A stretch of DNA of 63,421 bases, counting the filler, from Octopus bimaculoides (Eukaryota): the NCBI RefSeq assembly GCF_001194135.2. It is 3 parts of 3 records of this genome, joined end to end, with 100 filler letters (N's around TTAATTAATTAA, not from the genome) between each part and the next. Parts side by side here need not be neighbours in the genome. Positions count along the whole stretch, not along the records: positions 56,055 to 63,421 come from NC_068990.1; 2 more parts are not named here. The stretch is one strand, 5' to 3'. Below are positions 60,430-63,421 of the stretch, one piece after another (positions within the stretch are counted from its first letter, which is position 1; each line of letters starts with the position of its first letter). The translations under genes were made by a program, and so were the position numbers. The notes under the pieces were generated by a model that worked only from the letters and a program-made list of their open reading frames with translations, did no database searches and was not told where the DNA came from.

Positions 60430-62667
60430 AACCTATTAGGGTTGGTCGGCCCACCCTGGTCCCCACTTGGCACCCAGCTCTCACCTATGACTCCTCCTAA
60501 CCGTTTCCATGCAACGGCATCCACGCCCGGGGCAACGGCTTCGACAGGCCGGCTAAACTAGTTAAGGGAAACCAACGGGTCTGGAACCTTCGGTGAGTAA
60601 ATCAGGGTTTGCTTACTTTTGGCATGCGAAGGCTGGTTCCGGCAGACTGGGGGAGAACAAGACGCGAAGACGTTCTGGTCATCCACTGCAGCAAGGAGGT
60701 CTCCAGACGTAATGGCTCTCCGTGCCACTGGATCGCGGTCTCTTCTGCCGAGAGAGTGGGATTGTCTACGTGCAACGACTCTTCCACTTTAATCAACCTC
60801 TCGCACAGGTGTCTGTGTATCCCAGCCCCAACTTTCCACTGAAATCCTGCGACGACGGAGAATAGCGAAAGTGACAGGTGGAGGTAGCCACTGGAAGTCA
60901 TAGCCATGAACCTGTACGTTGGTCGTTGTTCTTCGAGCTTGGGGCAGTGGAGGACTTCGGCAGCATCTCAGGTGAATGAGGAGCCTTTTTAGGAACAGAC
61001 TGCTCACCCCAGTAAGAGAGGGACCTAGAAAAGGTGGCCTGAAGAAAGCCTGCCCTACACCGTCTGGTCAGTTTATCGCGACTGACAGACTTACCCACTT
61101 GCGGTCAATTCCAACTGAAAAAGGAAGAAATTCACCATCAGGATATGGAACGTGCTTAACCTTCTATATCGTGACAATATCTCTCAGGACCCCAGAGAAG
61201 GACAGCCCTTGTAGCCAACAAACTGTCGAGGTGCAACAACGACATTGCTGCCTTGAGTGAAACCAGACTGGCCGAAGAGGGATCGGTGAACGAATCCAAT
61301 GGATACACCTTTTTTCTGGAAAGGAAAGATCCAGAATAAAGACCGCATCCACGACATTAGACTTGCCATCAACACCAAACTCCTCAAACACATCTCCAAT
61401 CTCCCGACTGGCGTCAATGAAAGGCTGATGAAGATCCCCATCAGCAACAAGCGGTTCATCACTATCATTTGCTCTTACGACCCCACCATGACATCCACGG
61501 AAAAGCCAAGGAGCAGTTCTACATCAACCTGGACACTCTTCTATGCACCACACCTGCAATTGTCAAGCTCATCCTGCTGAGTGATTTGAAGACCAGAGTT
61601 GGCAGCGACAGCAACGAGTAGAAAGCATGCTGTAGGCAAGGTGGACAGCAACGGACTCCTCCTGCTGAGCAAGTGTGCAGAACATGAACTGCTCATCACA
61701 AACACAGTCCTCGAGCAGGCTGATATATAGAAGAACACGTAGATGCACCACCGAGCCAAACAGTGGCGTCTCATAGACTACATCAGTGAGACCACGTTAG
61801 TGAAGTCCTCATCATCAGAGCAATGCGCAGCGCAGACTGCTGGACGGACCACCACCTTGTTCGAGCCAAGCTCAACATTCGCATAGTCCCCCACAATCCC
61901 AAGCATCCTAAAGCTCATCAAGCAGGCCTTCAACACAGCAAGACTCCAGTCTAATCAATACCAGCAGGACTTCCAGAACAGCCTTGATGCAGCAGGTCCG
62001 CTTACTGGAAGGCCAGAGGGAAAATGGAACCAGTTCAAAGAAGCGTTCACTGAGACAGCAAAAGCAGTCCTTGACCTCCAAGAAGAGACATCATCAAGAC
62101 TGGTTTGACGAAAACAATGAAGTCATCCAAGCCCTGCTGAAAGAGATAAGAGACGCCTACATCAACTGGCAGAACCATCCCAGCTGTGTCCCACCACGCG
62201 AGTGGTTCAAGGAATGCAAGGTCAAAGCTCAGCGTGGAATAGACGCCATGCAAGATGCTTGGTGGGTAAAGAAAGCTGACGAAGTGCTGCTCTACGCCAT
62301 GAACAACTCCAAGCAGCTGTTTAACACCATCAAAGCCATCTACGGCTCCTCAAGTAGAGGCTTGGCACCCCTGCTTTCTGTTGTTGGCTCTACCATCATC
62401 AAAGACAAGGGATGTCTCAGCGCAAGACCAAACAGCCCTAAAATAGATCCCCCAGCAGCCAACCAGGCAAATCTGGACCCTACCCCCGCCAATCGAAGAA
62501 GAGGTACAGATCGCCATCAAACAGATGACCTGCGGCAAAGCACCAGGAGGGAATGGAATACCTTCTGAACTGTTCACATCACTCGGATCCACAGCCGTCA
62601 ACACCTTCCCTGATATCCTCTCGACTATCTGGGACCAGGAAGACATACCAACAAACCTGCGCGACAC
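60430..62667 (+). mobile_element. RTE-2 (BovB-like) LINE 5' half: 5'UTR, APE endonuclease, start of RT; 3'-truncated
   Basis: WNVLNL, DIAALSETRLAEEGS, GYTFFWKGK, IICSYDPTMTS, DCWTDH, HQDWFDENN, GKAPGGNGIP; frameshifts and stops. Confidence 0.9.
60438..60575 (+). ncRNA. HDV-like ribozyme remnant at the LINE 5' end
   Basis: GG-GCAAC-[GGCUU-CGAC-AGGCC]-GGCUAA resembles the HDV P1.1/J1.1-4/P4/J4-2 signature; P1-P3 pair only imperfectly. Confidence 0.45.
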
Positions 62668-63199
62668 TACAGGATTAATAAAATGTCAGTAATATTGATT
62701 TGGTATAAAGTTTAAAATAAAAGCCATCCACACCTCTTTTAGGAATACAAGTTAAGAGTAAACACAATGAGAAAAGAAACGAATATTTTGTTTTGACTCT
62801 GTAATTAGCTGACATGTTAATTATTTTGAGTAATAAATTTCACCTATATTCGTTTTTTTTTTGTTTTTTAAAAATATTTTCTATTTTCCGGATGCCTATC
62901 ATCGGTTTTTTTTTCTATAGTTTCAGCTGAAACTATAGAATACTTTGGTGAAAACCCCAGGATGGTTTCCCCAACAACATTTTTTCCCCAGTTTGTGAAT
63001 GCGTTTAAGGTATGTGACCCTTATCATATCTTTTGCATTGACTAAGGATATTTAAAACAGCCATAACTAATTGAAGAAATAATTAGAATCAATATATTTT
63101 GTGTTATTGATGTAGTTGACCCGTTGTAAAGTGTTAAAAGTTACGTGACTTATCTCCCTTAGATTCATATAATAAAGAATTCAATGCAGTTACCTCCCT

Positions 63200-63421
63200 T
63201 GATCATCATCATCGTTTAACGTCCGCTTTCCATGCTAGCATGGGTTGGACGATTTGACTGAGGACTGGTGAAACCGGATGGCAACACCAGGCTCCAGTCT
63301 GATTTGGCAGAGTTTCTACAGCTGGATGCCCTTCCTAACGCCAACCACTCAGAGAGTGTAGTGGGTGCTTTTACGTGTCACCCGCACGAAAACGGCCACG
63401 CTCGAAATGGTGTCTTTTATG
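63200..63421 (-). mobile_element. Young RTE-1 3'UTR (runs off the window)
   Basis: Nearly identical to the reverse complement of 12020-12240. Confidence 0.9.

Overview
AT-rich, microsatellite-dense animal DNA. Its repeat families resemble those of octopus (coleoid cephalopod) draft genomes; this is an inference from recalled repeat families, not a database match. Two artificial 100-bp spacers (N44-TTAATTAATTAA-N44, at 26725-26824 and 55955-56054) indicate three probably unlinked scaffolds joined end to end. I recognise no intact host protein-coding gene, and most ORF-track entries are microsatellite, gap or antisense-repeat artefacts. The window is mainly a transposon graveyard: several tRNA-derived SINE families; young and old RTE LINEs; remnants of Tx1/L1-, CRE- and R4-like non-LTR elements; a Helitron deletion derivative; maT/DD37D-like mariner remnants; and mariner and hAT MITEs. 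There is also one CpG/ETS-rich candidate promoter and first exon (43283-43450, minus strand). The most interesting signal is a set of self-cleaving ribozyme folds: (i) a SINE combining a tRNA-like Pol III head, an (AAT)n spacer and a minimal type I hammerhead (three copies, reminiscent of schistosome Sm-alpha); (ii) a second hammerhead at the tip of a 130-nt rod, whose tail recurs as a 146-bp foldback elsewhere; (iii) a third, decayed hammerhead-like family; and (iv) an HDV-like ribozyme remnant at the 5' end of a BovB-like LINE. Family names SINE-A/B/C/H and RTE-1/2 are informal labels. Boundaries of decayed repeats are approximate.
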